Source: Patescibacteria group bacterium (GTDB lineage Bacteria > Patescibacteriota > JAHJAL01). From it: a stretch of DNA of 60,551 nucleotides. The stretch is from NCBI GenBank assembly GCA_041648895.1, contig JBAZOB010000003.1, positions 1 to 60,551 of the forward strand, written 5' to 3'. Shown here piece after piece: positions 36,393 to 45,552 of this stretch; position 1 is the stretch's first letter; each line of letters opens with the position of its first letter. A model generated the notes under the pieces. That model saw nothing but the letters and a program-made list of their open reading frames with translations. It was not told the origin of the DNA and made no database searches. Made by a program: the position numbers and the translations under genes.

Positions 36393-38405
36393 ATGCAAGA
36401 ACTAATTCACAAAAACAGTTTTAAAGATTTTTTTGCCAGCGAATGTGGCTTAGAGACCGATGTGGTTAATCGACTGTTTGATGAGGTGTTGGCTAGTAAA
36501 AAATCAGTGGTTGATCTAGTTCTATCAAAGGGTCTGACCGATGAAACTAAATTGCGAGATTGTTTGGCCAGATTTGCCGGTTTGAAAGTGGGTGATGTGC
36601 CATATGGATTAGGTATAAAAACTTATCAGTTTATTAGTTACAAAATTTGTTATAAATATCGAGTAGTTACTTTTGAGGTTAATGCTGATTTGGTACGCGT
36701 AGCGACTGATAATCCGCTGGATTTGGAGTTGCGCGAAATATTGGATTTCCTCGGAAGAAGTCGAGGAGTGCGGGTGGAATTGTTTGTGGTGACTCGCTCG
36801 GAACTGGTTGATTTAATACATGCCTATCAACAAACATTATTAAAGGAAGGATTGGCGAGCCAGGAAGAAATTGATAATATTATCCAAAAATATGGTCAAT
36901 TGGGCACCAAAATTGATGACGCGCAAATAATTGTTGGGGGCACGCAGCAGCGTGGGGAGGGCACGCAGCAGCGTGCCCGTACGGATGCGGGCATGGATGC
37001 TGGTAGGGGCACGCTGCTGCGTGCCCATCCGGATAATGCCGAATCCGATATCCATCAATTAGAAAGCCAAGCCGTGGCCGAAGAGCGAGTGAAAGAGGTT
37101 AAAGAAAGTGAGGTTATAAATCAGGATTATTCCGAAGAACAAAAAAGCTGGCTAAACCTCTTGAAGCAAAAAGTGGAATCAGTCGATGAGTTAAAAAAGA
37201 TAATCAACACGCGCGATATCCCCAGGATTGTGGCCGCTTTTGTGAACTACGCTATCTACACCAAAGCGTCTGATATTCATATTGAAGCCATGACGGATAA
37301 AATTCGGGTGCGTTATCGAATTGACGGTGTATTGCAGGAGATTATGGAAATTGATAAATCTTTGCAACCAGCTTTGGTATCGCGGATTAAGATTTTGGCT
37401 CTTTTAAAAATTGATGAGCACCGTATTCCGCAAGATGGTCAATTTAGGGTAACTTTCGAAGGCCGGATGGTGGATTTGCGTATTTCCACCTTGCCGACTG
37501 TGCATGGGGAAAAAGTGGTTATTCGAATTTTGGATGTATCTTCGGGAAGGCTAACTTTGGACCAGCTGGGTTTACAAGGGGTGAATAAACAGAAAGTGGA
37601 GAAGAATATCCATCGTTCCAACGGCATGATTTTATCGACTGGCCCTACGGGTAGCGGTAAATCGACCACTCTATTTTCGATTCTGGGCATGGTGTCGGTG
37701 CCGGGCGTGAATGTGATCACACTGGAAGATCCAGTGGAGTATCATATTCCCGGTGTCAATCAGGTGCAGATCAAGCCCGATATTGACTTTACTTTTGCCC
37801 GGGGCTTGCGCAGTATCTTGCGTCAGGATCCCAATATTATCATGGTGGGTGAAATTCGTGACGGCGAGACGGCTGAATTGGCGGTACACGCCTCTTTGAC
37901 CGGTCACCTGGTTTTGTCGACTTTACATACCAACGACGCGCCATCAGCAGTACCAAGATTGATCGATATGGGCATCGAACCATTTTTAATCACTTCTTCC
38001 TTGGTATTGGTGATGGCTCAACGTTTGACCAGGCGGATTTGTGACCATTGTAAACAGGAGGTGAAGATTTCCGAGGAAAAAGTTAAACAAATCAAGGAAG
38101 AGCTTAAGCATGTTCCTCCCGAGCATTTTCAACTGTTAGGTATAGATATGACTAACATGAAGTTCTACAAAGGCTTGGGGTGTGATTATTGCCAGGACAC
38201 TGGTTACAAGGGGCGGGTGGCGATTTTTGAGGTGATGGAAATGTCGGAGACGATCCAGGATTTAGCCATTGCCAAATCATCCGGTATCGATATTTTTGCC
38301 CAAGCGGTTAAAGAAGGGATGATTACGATGCGAGAGGACGGGTTTGTCAAAGCGCTGCAAGGAATGACGACCCTGGATGAAGTGTATCGGGTAACAACAA
38401 AGTAA
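36393..38405 (+). CDS. pilB: Type IV pilus extension ATPase PilB (GspE family)
   Basis: Walker A GPTGSGKST, Asp box, Walker B IIMVGEIRD, His box GHLVLSTLHTN, tetracysteine CDHC...CDYC. The start was moved to ATG 36393 to avoid overlap with the preceding ORF. It contains a GC-rich palindromic insert at 36939..37026. Confidence 0.9.
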   Translation: MQELIHKNSFKDFFASECGLETDVVNRLFDEVLASKKSVVDLVLSKGLTDETKLRDCLARFAGLKVGDVPYGLGIKTYQFISYKICYKYRVVTFEVNADLVRVATDNPLDLELREILDFLGRSRGVRVELFVVTRSELVDLIHAYQQTLLKEGLASQEEIDNIIQKYGQLGTKIDDAQIIVGGTQQRGEGTQQRARTDAGMDAGRGTLLRAHPDNAESDIHQLESQAVAEERVKEVKESEVINQDYSEEQKSWLNLLKQKVESVDELKKIINTRDIPRIVAAFVNYAIYTKASDIHIEAMTDKIRVRYRIDGVLQEIMEIDKSLQPALVSRIKILALLKIDEHRIPQDGQFRVTFEGRMVDLRISTLPTVHGEKVVIRILDVSSGRLTLDQLGLQGVNKQKVEKNIHRSNGMILSTGPTGSGKSTTLFSILGMVSVPGVNVITLEDPVEYHIPGVNQVQIKPDIDFTFARGLRSILRQDPNIIMVGEIRDGETAELAVHASLTGHLVLSTLHTNDAPSAVPRLIDMGIEPFLITSSLVLVMAQRLTRRICDHCKQEVKISEEKVKQIKEELKHVPPEHFQLLGIDMTNMKFYKGLGCDYCQDTGYKGRVAIFEVMEMSETIQDLAIAKSSGIDIFAQAVKEGMITMREDGFVKALQGMTTLDEVYRVTTK

Positions 38406-38412
38406 TGGCGTG

Positions 38413-38517
38413 TGTCATCCCGCACAGAAAGCGAAGCGCTTCTGATGTCGGGATCTCATCATTAAGGCGTTTATAAATGACTTGATAATGAGATCCCCGC
38501 TCAAGGCGGGGATGACA
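38413..38517. mobile_element. MITE-like element, TGTCATCCC...GGGATGACA family
   Basis: It has terminal inverted repeats, an internal left hairpin, a central hairpin atctcatca...tgataatgagat, and a right hairpin ccccgctcaaggcgggg. Confidence 0.75.
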
Positions 38518-38554
38518 GGAAAAAAATAAATATATAAACAAATAATATACAACT

Positions 38555-39643
38555 ATGCTTAATCAACAACAATCTTTTAGTGACGACAATCAACTAATTG
38601 AAAAATTACTTGATATTACAATTAAACAGGACGCTTCCGATTTGCATATCGTGGCGGAGAATTGTCCGGTGATTCGGGTGGATGGCGATCTGAAATATTT
38701 GGAAGAATATGGGAAGTTGTCTTCATCACAAACGGCGCAGTTGTGTTACTCCCTGATGGATGAACGACAAAGAGAAAGATTGATTCAGATTCGGGAAATT
38801 GATTTTTCTTTTCCCTATAAAGACGGTTTTCGTTTCCGGGCCAATGTTTTTTACCAAAAAGGGACAATTTCCGCGGCGCTGCGGTTAATCAAGTCAATGG
38901 AAAAGACGTTTGAAGAATTGGGCATGCCGCCGATTATTGAAAGATTCACCAAGATATCTCACGGGTTGGTGCTGGTGACGGGGCCGACCGGTAGTGGTAA
39001 ATCAACCACCTTGGCTTCTTTGATCAATACGATCAATCAAAATCGTCGTGATCATATTGTGACGATTGAGGATCCGATTGAGCATATTTTCAACAGCAAT
39101 AAGAGCTTGATCGAGCAACGGGAGGTGCCACATGATAGTAAGGATTTCGCGGCGGCGCTGCGGGCAGCGCTTCGTCAGGATCCGGATGTGGTACTGATTG
39201 GTGAAATGCGTGATTTGGAAACAATTTCAGCGGCGCTTACCGTGGCGGAAACGGGTCACCTGGTGTTTGGCACTTTGCATACCAATGACGCGGCCCAGAC
39301 GGCTGATCGAATTATCAACGTTTTTCCTTCTCATCAACAACAACAAGTGCGAACTATTCTGGCTAATGTGATCGAGGGGGTAGTTTCCCAACGATTATTG
39401 AAAAAGAAAGGTGGAGGCCGAATTGGGGCTTGTGAAATTATGACCGGTAGTATGGCGGTGCGTTCACTGATCCGAGAAGGCAAGGCGCATCAACTGCAAG
39501 GCGTGATTCAAACCAGCGCGGCTGATGGTATGATTACTCTGGATAAATCATTGGCCGATTATGTCCGACGGGGCGTGGTGGATTTGGACGAAGCCCTGTC
39601 TTGGGCGATTGATCCGGATAATTTGAAGACTTTAATTGTATAA
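38555..39643 (+). CDS. pilT: Type IV pilus retraction ATPase PilT
   Basis: 362 aa. GPTGSGKSTT, ALRQDPDVVLIGEMRD, GHLVFGTLHTNDA. It lacks the GspE N-domain and the Zn module. Confidence 0.88.
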   Translation: MLNQQQSFSDDNQLIEKLLDITIKQDASDLHIVAENCPVIRVDGDLKYLEEYGKLSSSQTAQLCYSLMDERQRERLIQIREIDFSFPYKDGFRFRANVFYQKGTISAALRLIKSMEKTFEELGMPPIIERFTKISHGLVLVTGPTGSGKSTTLASLINTINQNRRDHIVTIEDPIEHIFNSNKSLIEQREVPHDSKDFAAALRAALRQDPDVVLIGEMRDLETISAALTVAETGHLVFGTLHTNDAAQTADRIINVFPSHQQQQVRTILANVIEGVVSQRLLKKKGGGRIGACEIMTGSMAVRSLIREGKAHQLQGVIQTSAADGMITLDKSLADYVRRGVVDLDEALSWAIDPDNLKTLIV

Positions 39644-39725
39644 AAGGATCAAGTATCAAGTTTCAAGTATCAAGTACTTGATCCTTGATCCTTGAAACTT
39701 GATACTTAGTAATTGATCCTTGAAA
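39644..39725. repeat. GATCAAG-word palindrome
   Basis: aaggatcaagtatcaagtttcaagtatcaagtacttgatccttgatccttgaaacttgatactt. Confidence 0.75.
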
Positions 39726-39745
39726 ACAAATAATAAATATAAAAA

Positions 39746-40948
39746 ATGAAAACATATCTTTTTGAGGCCAAAAACGTGAGTGGAGAGAAGATCGCCGGTA
39801 GTCTGGAAGCGGAGGACATGAAGCAGGCGTTGGAGCTACTCAAGCAACAAAAATACACCCCACTGCGGCTGGAAAAACAGCGCAATGTGATGGATTCACT
39901 GTTGTCGGTTTTAGACCGGGTGAGCGTGGGCGAGATGGCGATTTTTGCCCGACAGCTGGCGATCATGGTGGAAGCGGGTTTCCCGCTGATTCAGGCCATG
40001 AAGACCTCGGTCAATCAGACCAAAAATACTAAATTGAAAGAGACTCTAGCCTTGATTGCCATGGATTTGGAATCAGGTTTGTCACTGTCCATGTCGGCGG
40101 CCAAACATCCGGAGGTTTTTTCGCGGTTTATTGTCAACATGGTTCGTTCGGGTGAGGAAACTGGTCAGTTGAATAAAGTGTTGCGGGAAGTGGCCGAGGA
40201 AATTGAGAAGCAGAAATCACTCCAATCTAAGATCAATAGTGTACTGATGTACCCAATTTTTGTGGTGGTGATGATGATCGCGGCCATGGTGGTGGTGATG
40301 GTCTATGTGATCCCGCAGCTGAAGGCCCTGTTTGATGACGTGGGGGCGCAACTGCCTTTGGCGACCAGAATCTTGATTGCTCTCTCTGATTTCTTTATCA
40401 ATTATTGGTATCTTGTCATTATTGGTTCAGTCATATTGATTTTTGGATTATACAGTTTCTTTACCAGTGACTATGGCCGGGCCTGGCGCGACAAATATAT
40501 TCTCAAGATTCCGGTGGTGGGTCATTTGATTCTCATGTCTTCCATGATGCGTTTTTCTCGCACTTTTGGCATGTTGGTGGAAGGTGGTATTCCCATCTTG
40601 GACGCGATTGAAATTACGGCCGGAGTGATGGATAATTCTGTTTTCAAAAAATCTATTCGCGATTGTTCGCCCTATGTGGAAAAAGGTATTCCTTTTTCCA
40701 CACCATTGAAACGCGATCAGCTTTTTCCCACGGTGGTTGGTCAGATGGTGGCGGTCGGGGAACAGTCGGGACAATTGGGCAAAGCCATGAGTAACCTGTC
40801 CACCTATTTTGAAGAAGAAACGGATATGTTGGTCAAAGGCATCTTTTCTTTGTTTGAGCCAATCATGTTGGTAGTTGTTGGTCTGGGTGTGGCGGGTCTG
40901 GTGTTCGCGGTGCTGCTGCCGGTATTTCAGGTATCGCAAGTCTTATAA
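39746..40948 (+). CDS. pilC: Type IV pilus platform protein PilC (GspF family)
   Basis: 400 aa with two T2SSF repeats and 3 TM helices. The antisense ORF 40448..40939 is spurious. Confidence 0.88.
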   Translation: MKTYLFEAKNVSGEKIAGSLEAEDMKQALELLKQQKYTPLRLEKQRNVMDSLLSVLDRVSVGEMAIFARQLAIMVEAGFPLIQAMKTSVNQTKNTKLKETLALIAMDLESGLSLSMSAAKHPEVFSRFIVNMVRSGEETGQLNKVLREVAEEIEKQKSLQSKINSVLMYPIFVVVMMIAAMVVVMVYVIPQLKALFDDVGAQLPLATRILIALSDFFINYWYLVIIGSVILIFGLYSFFTSDYGRAWRDKYILKIPVVGHLILMSSMMRFSRTFGMLVEGGIPILDAIEITAGVMDNSVFKKSIRDCSPYVEKGIPFSTPLKRDQLFPTVVGQMVAVGEQSGQLGKAMSNLSTYFEEETDMLVKGIFSLFEPIMLVVVGLGVAGLVFAVLLPVFQVSQVL

Positions 40949-40949
40949 T

Positions 40950-41021
40950 AAGTATCAAGGATCAAGTTTCAAGTACCAAGTGACTTGATCCTTGAAACTT
41001 GATCCTTGATTCTTGATCCTT
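40950..41021. repeat. GATCAAG-word palindrome
   Basis: aagtatcaaggatcaagtttcaagtaccaagtgacttgatccttgaaacttgatccttgattcttgatcc. Confidence 0.75.
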
Positions 41022-41108
41022 ATATTTTATATTTTACGTTGGTCGAACGTGAGTTATAATATAAAAGTAAATATTAAAAATAAATTTTTCTTTCAAAGGA
41101 GAAAAAAG

Positions 41109-41525
41109 ATGAGAAAAGAACTTTTAGAGCGCTCTAAAGGTTTCACCTTGGTTGAGCTGATGGTGGTGATTGCAATTATTGGTATTTTGGCCGTCGTGGC
41201 TTTGGGCATTGTGCGTGGTGCTCAGCAACGGGCCAAAGATGCCAGCTTGCAAGCTACCGGCGCCAACCTGAGTACCGCGTTGGAGACTTATTACACCATA
41301 CAAGGAGAATATCCAGATGATATTGGTTTATTAGAAACTACAGTTTTGGATCAACTGCCAACTCTTCCTTCTGGTTGTGGTGAAATCAATAGTCCAACTC
41401 CTACTTGTGGTATTTCTTACACACAGAACAGCACGGAATCTTTTACGCTGACTATCGAATATGTCAGTGATACGGCTGGTCGAAATGCTAGCGGTACAGA
41501 AGAAATACAAGGTGGAACGTTATAA
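41109..41525 (+). CDS. Type IV pilin (candidate major pilin)
   Basis: Prepilin signal MRKELLERSKG-FTLVELMVVIAIIGIL. AAGGAGAAAAAAG lies before the ATG at 41109. A strong terminator follows. 138 aa. Confidence 0.85.
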   Translation: MRKELLERSKGFTLVELMVVIAIIGILAVVALGIVRGAQQRAKDASLQATGANLSTALETYYTIQGEYPDDIGLLETTVLDQLPTLPSGCGEINSPTPTCGISYTQNSTESFTLTIEYVSDTAGRNASGTEEIQGGTL

Positions 41526-41540
41526 TAATTGTTATTTAAA

Positions 41541-41590
41541 AAGACCAAGGGGAGAGCGCGGCCGCAGGTTCGGCGCCCCCTTGGTTTTTT
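41541..41590 (+). terminator. Rho-independent terminator after the pilin gene
   Basis: The stem accaagggg...ccccttggt has a GC-rich interior and is followed by tttttt. Confidence 0.8.
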
Positions 41591-41728
41591 AGAATTTTAA
41601 ATTTCTAAATGTCTAAATTTTAAAACAGACACGAAGACAAAGTCGTTTTAGCTTTTAAAATTTGATCATTTAAAATTATTTTTAAATTTAAAATTTAAAA
41701 TTTAAAATTCTAAAAAAACAAACACAAA

Positions 41729-42484
41729 ATGAACATTCCCATTTTTATCTTCGGTTTATTTCTCGGCAGCTTTTTGAATAGTTTTATCTGGCGGTGGCGG
41801 GAGAATAATCTAAAATCAATATTAACGGAGCGTTCGGTGTGTCCGCATTGTAAGCATATGTTAAGTACATATGATTTGATTCCGCTGATCAGTTTTATCA
41901 CTCTGGGTGGACAGTGTCGCTACTGTGGACGGCCGATCAGTTGGCAGTATCCAATGATTGAACTGTTTTACGCGCTCTTAGCGCTCTTATTGTATTGGCA
42001 CTATGGTTCGGGTTTACTATTTGTTATTGCTTTAATAATTGCTTTTTTCCTCTCGGCTCTGCTGGCGATCGATGCTTTGGATGGAATTTTGCCCAATATG
42101 CTGATGGTCTGGGCGATGGTGGCGATTTTACTGTTAATGATCTTTGGACAGATAAGCACAGTGGAGTGGTTTGAAGCGATCATTGGTTCGTTGGTTGGTT
42201 TTAGTTTCTTCCTGGCGTTGTGGCTGGTGACGCTGGGGCAGGGGATTGGGATAGGGGATATCAAGCTGGCTTTGGTGCTGGGCCTATTGATCGGCGTCCC
42301 GGGTACATATTATTTGATCATGTTGTCCTTTATTGTTGGTGCTCTCTATGTTTTGCCGCTAATATTGATGGGTAAGACTACCTGGCGGCAAAAAATAGCT
42401 TTCGGTCCGTTTATGATTTTGGCCTACTATCTGGTTTTCTTTTTGTCAAGGCAGTTAAATTGGTTAGTGGAATGGTATATGTAA
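41729..42484 (+). CDS. pilD: Prepilin peptidase (A24 family) PilD
   Basis: CPHCKHML...DLIPLISF..LGGQCRYCGRPIS.QYP.IE N-terminal Zn motif. Polytopic. GIGDIKL aspartyl motif. Confidence 0.88.
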   Translation: MNIPIFIFGLFLGSFLNSFIWRWRENNLKSILTERSVCPHCKHMLSTYDLIPLISFITLGGQCRYCGRPISWQYPMIELFYALLALLLYWHYGSGLLFVIALIIAFFLSALLAIDALDGILPNMLMVWAMVAILLLMIFGQISTVEWFEAIIGSLVGFSFFLALWLVTLGQGIGIGDIKLALVLGLLIGVPGTYYLIMLSFIVGALYVLPLILMGKTTWRQKIAFGPFMILAYYLVFFLSRQLNWLVEWYM

Positions 42485-42490
42485 CCTATA

Positions 42491-42606
42491 TGTCATCCCC
42501 GACCGGAAACGAAGCGTAGCGAAGTGCTCCGGCTATCGGGGATCTCATCAGTAAGGCGTTTAAAAAGTACTTGATGAGTAGATCCCCGCTCAAGGCGGGG
42601 ATGACA
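42491..42606. mobile_element. MITE-like element, TGTCATCCCC...GGGGATGACA family (full length)
   Basis: 10-bp terminal inverted repeats. The left 60 nt are identical to 45465..45524. Confidence 0.8.
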
Positions 42607-42664
42607 GGGAGAAAGCAGTGGGGACTAGGGAAGAGTGGTAAAGGAATAGAAAAAAAATTTAATA

Positions 42665-43873
42665 ATGAATAAAATATTTAAAAATCAATCCGGTTTCACT
42701 CTCGTCGAGCTCCTGATTGCCATTGCCATTATGGTCATGCTATTGGGTGCGGCGATCACCTATCTGCCGGCCTATCGTAACCAGCAGGTGTTGCGACAGG
42801 GTTCACTGGATGTGAACAATAGTTTGCGCCAGGCGCAGACACTGGCGTTTGCGCCGGATGAAAATAATGTTGATTATTATGTTTGGGAAATTTTGGACAA
42901 TGGCGCCGACGTTGGTTGTTTGACCGAAAATTATATTTCGGTGTGGGCGGGTTTAAAACCCGCCCCTACAGAACCCGCCCACACGACATGCCTTGATGAC
43001 AAAATTTTAATCGATTTTGTGGACGGTGTGGATAAATTGTATTTCCAGGTGCAAACGGGTAAAATTTTTGCCGATGATGCCCTGAGTGTTCCGGCCTACG
43101 GTCAGATTGAGGTCAAACATACCGCCATGCAAGATGTGGACGATTATTATTACAATATTGGGATCTACAATGATTCGTTTGATTTATTAAATTCTACCGT
43201 GGGTGAGCCGAGGGAATTGCCGGCCGAGCAGACAGTGACGGTGCCGCCCCCTTTAAATAATGGTGGAGAAGAGACACCGCTGGTAACCGATGAAGGGGCG
43301 AGCTATGGCGGATGCAATACTGACGCGGATTGTCAGACCGGATTTGAGTGTGTGATTTCGGCTTCGCAGGTAAAATATTGCGCTCCGTTGCCGGTTTGTG
43401 GAAATGGTACAATAGAGACTGGCGAACAATGTGGCGAACCAGGCTTGCAATGTTTAACGAATCAGAATTGTGACCAATGTGTTTGCGTGGCTAAAACAGC
43501 TAAATGTCCAGATGGCGGTTGTGATGCTAATGAAAATAGTGATTCCTGTCCGAGTGATTGTCCAGTGCGGCCAGATGATGGATATTGTGATACCAATAGT
43601 GGAGAAAATTATTGGAACGCTCCCCAGGATTGCGAAGCGCCGCCGATTGATTCGAAATGCAGCAAAGTGAGTTTTTGTACGAGCAATACACAGTGTCTGG
43701 GCGGTACTTGTCTTAATTATCGATGTGATTGTACTCGACCGGCAAATCCTGATTTAAAAAATAATGGGTCCAGTTGTGAGGTGGGTAGTGAGTGCGCGAC
43801 GGGTTATTGTGTGTTGGGTTATTGTAGTGGGAATGATTATATTTGTCGGTATTTGCCGCAGTATTGTACTTAA
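42665..43873 (+). CDS. Pseudopilin with a large Cys-rich C-terminal domain
   Basis: Prepilin motif NQSG-FTLVELLIAIAIM. The C-terminus contains CGNGTIETGEQCGEPGLQC (a Myxococcus-type Cys-rich repeat) and further CxxxC modules. There is an in-frame GC hairpin at 42941..42984. Confidence 0.8.
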   Translation: MNKIFKNQSGFTLVELLIAIAIMVMLLGAAITYLPAYRNQQVLRQGSLDVNNSLRQAQTLAFAPDENNVDYYVWEILDNGADVGCLTENYISVWAGLKPAPTEPAHTTCLDDKILIDFVDGVDKLYFQVQTGKIFADDALSVPAYGQIEVKHTAMQDVDDYYYNIGIYNDSFDLLNSTVGEPRELPAEQTVTVPPPLNNGGEETPLVTDEGASYGGCNTDADCQTGFECVISASQVKYCAPLPVCGNGTIETGEQCGEPGLQCLTNQNCDQCVCVAKTAKCPDGGCDANENSDSCPSDCPVRPDDGYCDTNSGENYWNAPQDCEAPPIDSKCSKVSFCTSNTQCLGGTCLNYRCDCTRPANPDLKNNGSSCEVGSECATGYCVLGYCSGNDYICRYLPQYCT

Positions 43874-43875
43874 AA

Positions 43876-44004
43876 TGTCATCCCGCACGGGAAGCGATAG
43901 CGCTCCCGATGTCGGGATCTCATCCGTAATGCTTTGAGATAAACTTAAAGGATGAGATCCCCGCTCAAGGCGGGGATGACAGGGGGAAAGAGGCGGGGAT
44001 GACA
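43876..44004. mobile_element. MITE-like element (full length plus a duplicated right terminus)
   Basis: tgtcatcccgcacgggaagcgatagcgctcccgatgtcgggatctcatcc...gatgagatccccgctcaaggcggggatgaca, then aggcggggatgaca repeated. Confidence 0.78.
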
Positions 44005-44041
44005 GAAGAGTTGGTAGAGATAATAAGAATAGTAATTAATA

Positions 44042-44590
44042 ATGAAAAAATTACATAACAATCAATCCGGTTTCGGTCTCATCGAAGTCATCATTGGCAT
44101 CACCATGCTTTTGATTACTTCCACGGCGGCTCTTAGTCTTTCACACACGGTGACGACCGCCGAACGTCTGAATGAAAAGCGGGTAGTGGCTTACAACCTG
44201 GCCCAACAGGTCATAGAGGAAATTCGGCGCAAGCGGGATAGTAATTGGGATGACCTTAAAGCCGAGACACGCTGGGAAGACAGTGATATTTTGGATGATT
44301 TAAATAACTACTACGCGACGACCGGTAGTGAATGCGAGGTGCAAAGTACCAGCGAAATTGTGTGCGATATTGATAATACGGAGTACACTGTTACCAAAAA
44401 TATTGATGAATTAACTGACGACAATATTTCCGGTCTGCATGATATTGCAAATGACGATCGTGGTTCATATATTTCCGGCACTTTAGCCAAACGGGTGGAG
44501 GTGGTGGTGGAGTGGTTTGATAAAGGCGAGCCGCAGGATCTATCACTGGTGACCATGCTCTCGGACTGGAGTTCGATTAGTTATCAATAA
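44042..44590 (+). CDS. Pseudopilin (prepilin-type N-terminal cleavage/methylation domain)
   Basis: NQSG-FGLIEVIIGITMLLI. Confidence 0.8.
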   Translation: MKKLHNNQSGFGLIEVIIGITMLLITSTAALSLSHTVTTAERLNEKRVVAYNLAQQVIEEIRRKRDSNWDDLKAETRWEDSDILDDLNNYYATTGSECEVQSTSEIVCDIDNTEYTVTKNIDELTDDNISGLHDIANDDRGSYISGTLAKRVEVVVEWFDKGEPQDLSLVTMLSDWSSISYQ

Positions 44591-44627
44591 AAGAGAACTT
44601 TTAAATAAGTGGAGCGTATTGCCAAAA

Positions 44628-44795
44628 TGTCATCCCCGACCGAAAGCGAGTCAGCGAGCGCTTCGGCCATCGGGGATCTCATCCATAACGTGTTTAGTGG
44701 AGCTTGAGGATGAGATCCCCGCTCAAGGCGGGGATGACAGGCAGGCAGTTGTCATCCTCAACAGAAAGCGATAGCGTTTCTGATTGGGGATCCAG
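44628..44795. mobile_element. MITE-like elements: one full copy (44628..44739) plus an adjacent left half of the CCT subfamily (44750..44795)
   Basis: Same termini and hairpins as the other copies. Confidence 0.75.
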
Positions 44796-44804
44796 AAAAT
44801 AATT

Positions 44805-45350
44805 ATGAAAAAAACATATAAAAATCAATCCGGTTTCACTCTTGTCGAGATTCTCATCGCGGCGATGATTTTCATGTTGTCTTCCATCATGTTCATGGGT
44901 GTTTTTTCCATGGTGTCCAACGCTACTTTGCGGGTGGAAAATGAGCGGTTTGCGCAGCAGGACGCGCGCTACGCGATTGAGCAAGTTTCGCGCGAGATTA
45001 GGGGCGGATGGGATTTTGAGACGGCGGACGGGGGCAAGACTTTGGAATACAAGAGTTTGTCGGTGGACGGAGACCTGATGGATTGTTCAATGTATTTTGA
45101 ATTGATGGATGAAGGTACGGATAATGCCAAGGGGGTGATCAATAAACAATGTGATCTTTTGAGCGGCGTGCAGCAGCTTTCCAGCGGCGTGATCAATGTG
45201 GAAGACTTTGAGTTCGCGGTGATCCAGCCGGCCAATGAATACGCCAGTGTGGAACTGCGGATGAAGGTGAAACGGCAAGACTTCAATAAGTTAGCTAAAT
45301 CGGTGGAACTTAGTACACGGGTGACTTCGCGGATGCGGAGTTATGAATAA
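44805..45350 (+). CDS. Pseudopilin (prepilin-type N-terminal domain)
   Basis: The start was moved to ATG 44805 (MKKTYKNQSG-FTLVEILIAAMIF). The ORF-track start 44784 lies inside the MITE. Confidence 0.8.
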   Translation: MKKTYKNQSGFTLVEILIAAMIFMLSSIMFMGVFSMVSNATLRVENERFAQQDARYAIEQVSREIRGGWDFETADGGKTLEYKSLSVDGDLMDCSMYFELMDEGTDNAKGVINKQCDLLSGVQQLSSGVINVEDFEFAVIQPANEYASVELRMKVKRQDFNKLAKSVELSTRVTSRMRSYE

Positions 45351-45410
45351 AAGGATCAAGTGTCAAGGATCAAGGATCAAGTAAGATAGCATCGGACAAC
45401 ATAATTTACC

Positions 45411-45526
45411 TGTCATCCTGGAGGCGGAAGCGAGTATTTTAGAAGAATGGATATTTACTTTTAATGTCATCCCCGACCGGAAACGAAGCGTAGCGAAGTG
45501 CTCCGGCTATCGGGGATCTCATCATC
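45411..45526. mobile_element. MITE fragments (a CCT-type terminus at 45411 and a left half at 45465..45524)
   Basis: 45465..45524 is identical to 42491..42550. ORF 45439..45873 (-) is spurious. Confidence 0.7.
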
Positions 45527-45552
45527 AAGAATGCAAATAAAGCCTTACATAA

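Noticed and set aside
40448-40939. 163-aa ORF antisense to pilC. The same reasoning applies to 45439..45873 antisense to the PilX-like gene, 51285..51746 antisense to the ABC-F gene, and 25818..26222, 1043..1231, 9422..9679 and 13954..14259.
   Set aside because: All lie antisense to strongly supported genes and have skewed, motif-free translations.
38413-45526. CRISPR array, considered because of the regularly recurring ~110-bp repeats
   Set aside because: The repeats are separated by whole genes (0.5-1.2 kb), not 30-40-nt spacers. They have terminal inverted repeats and internal hairpins typical of MITEs. No cas genes are present.
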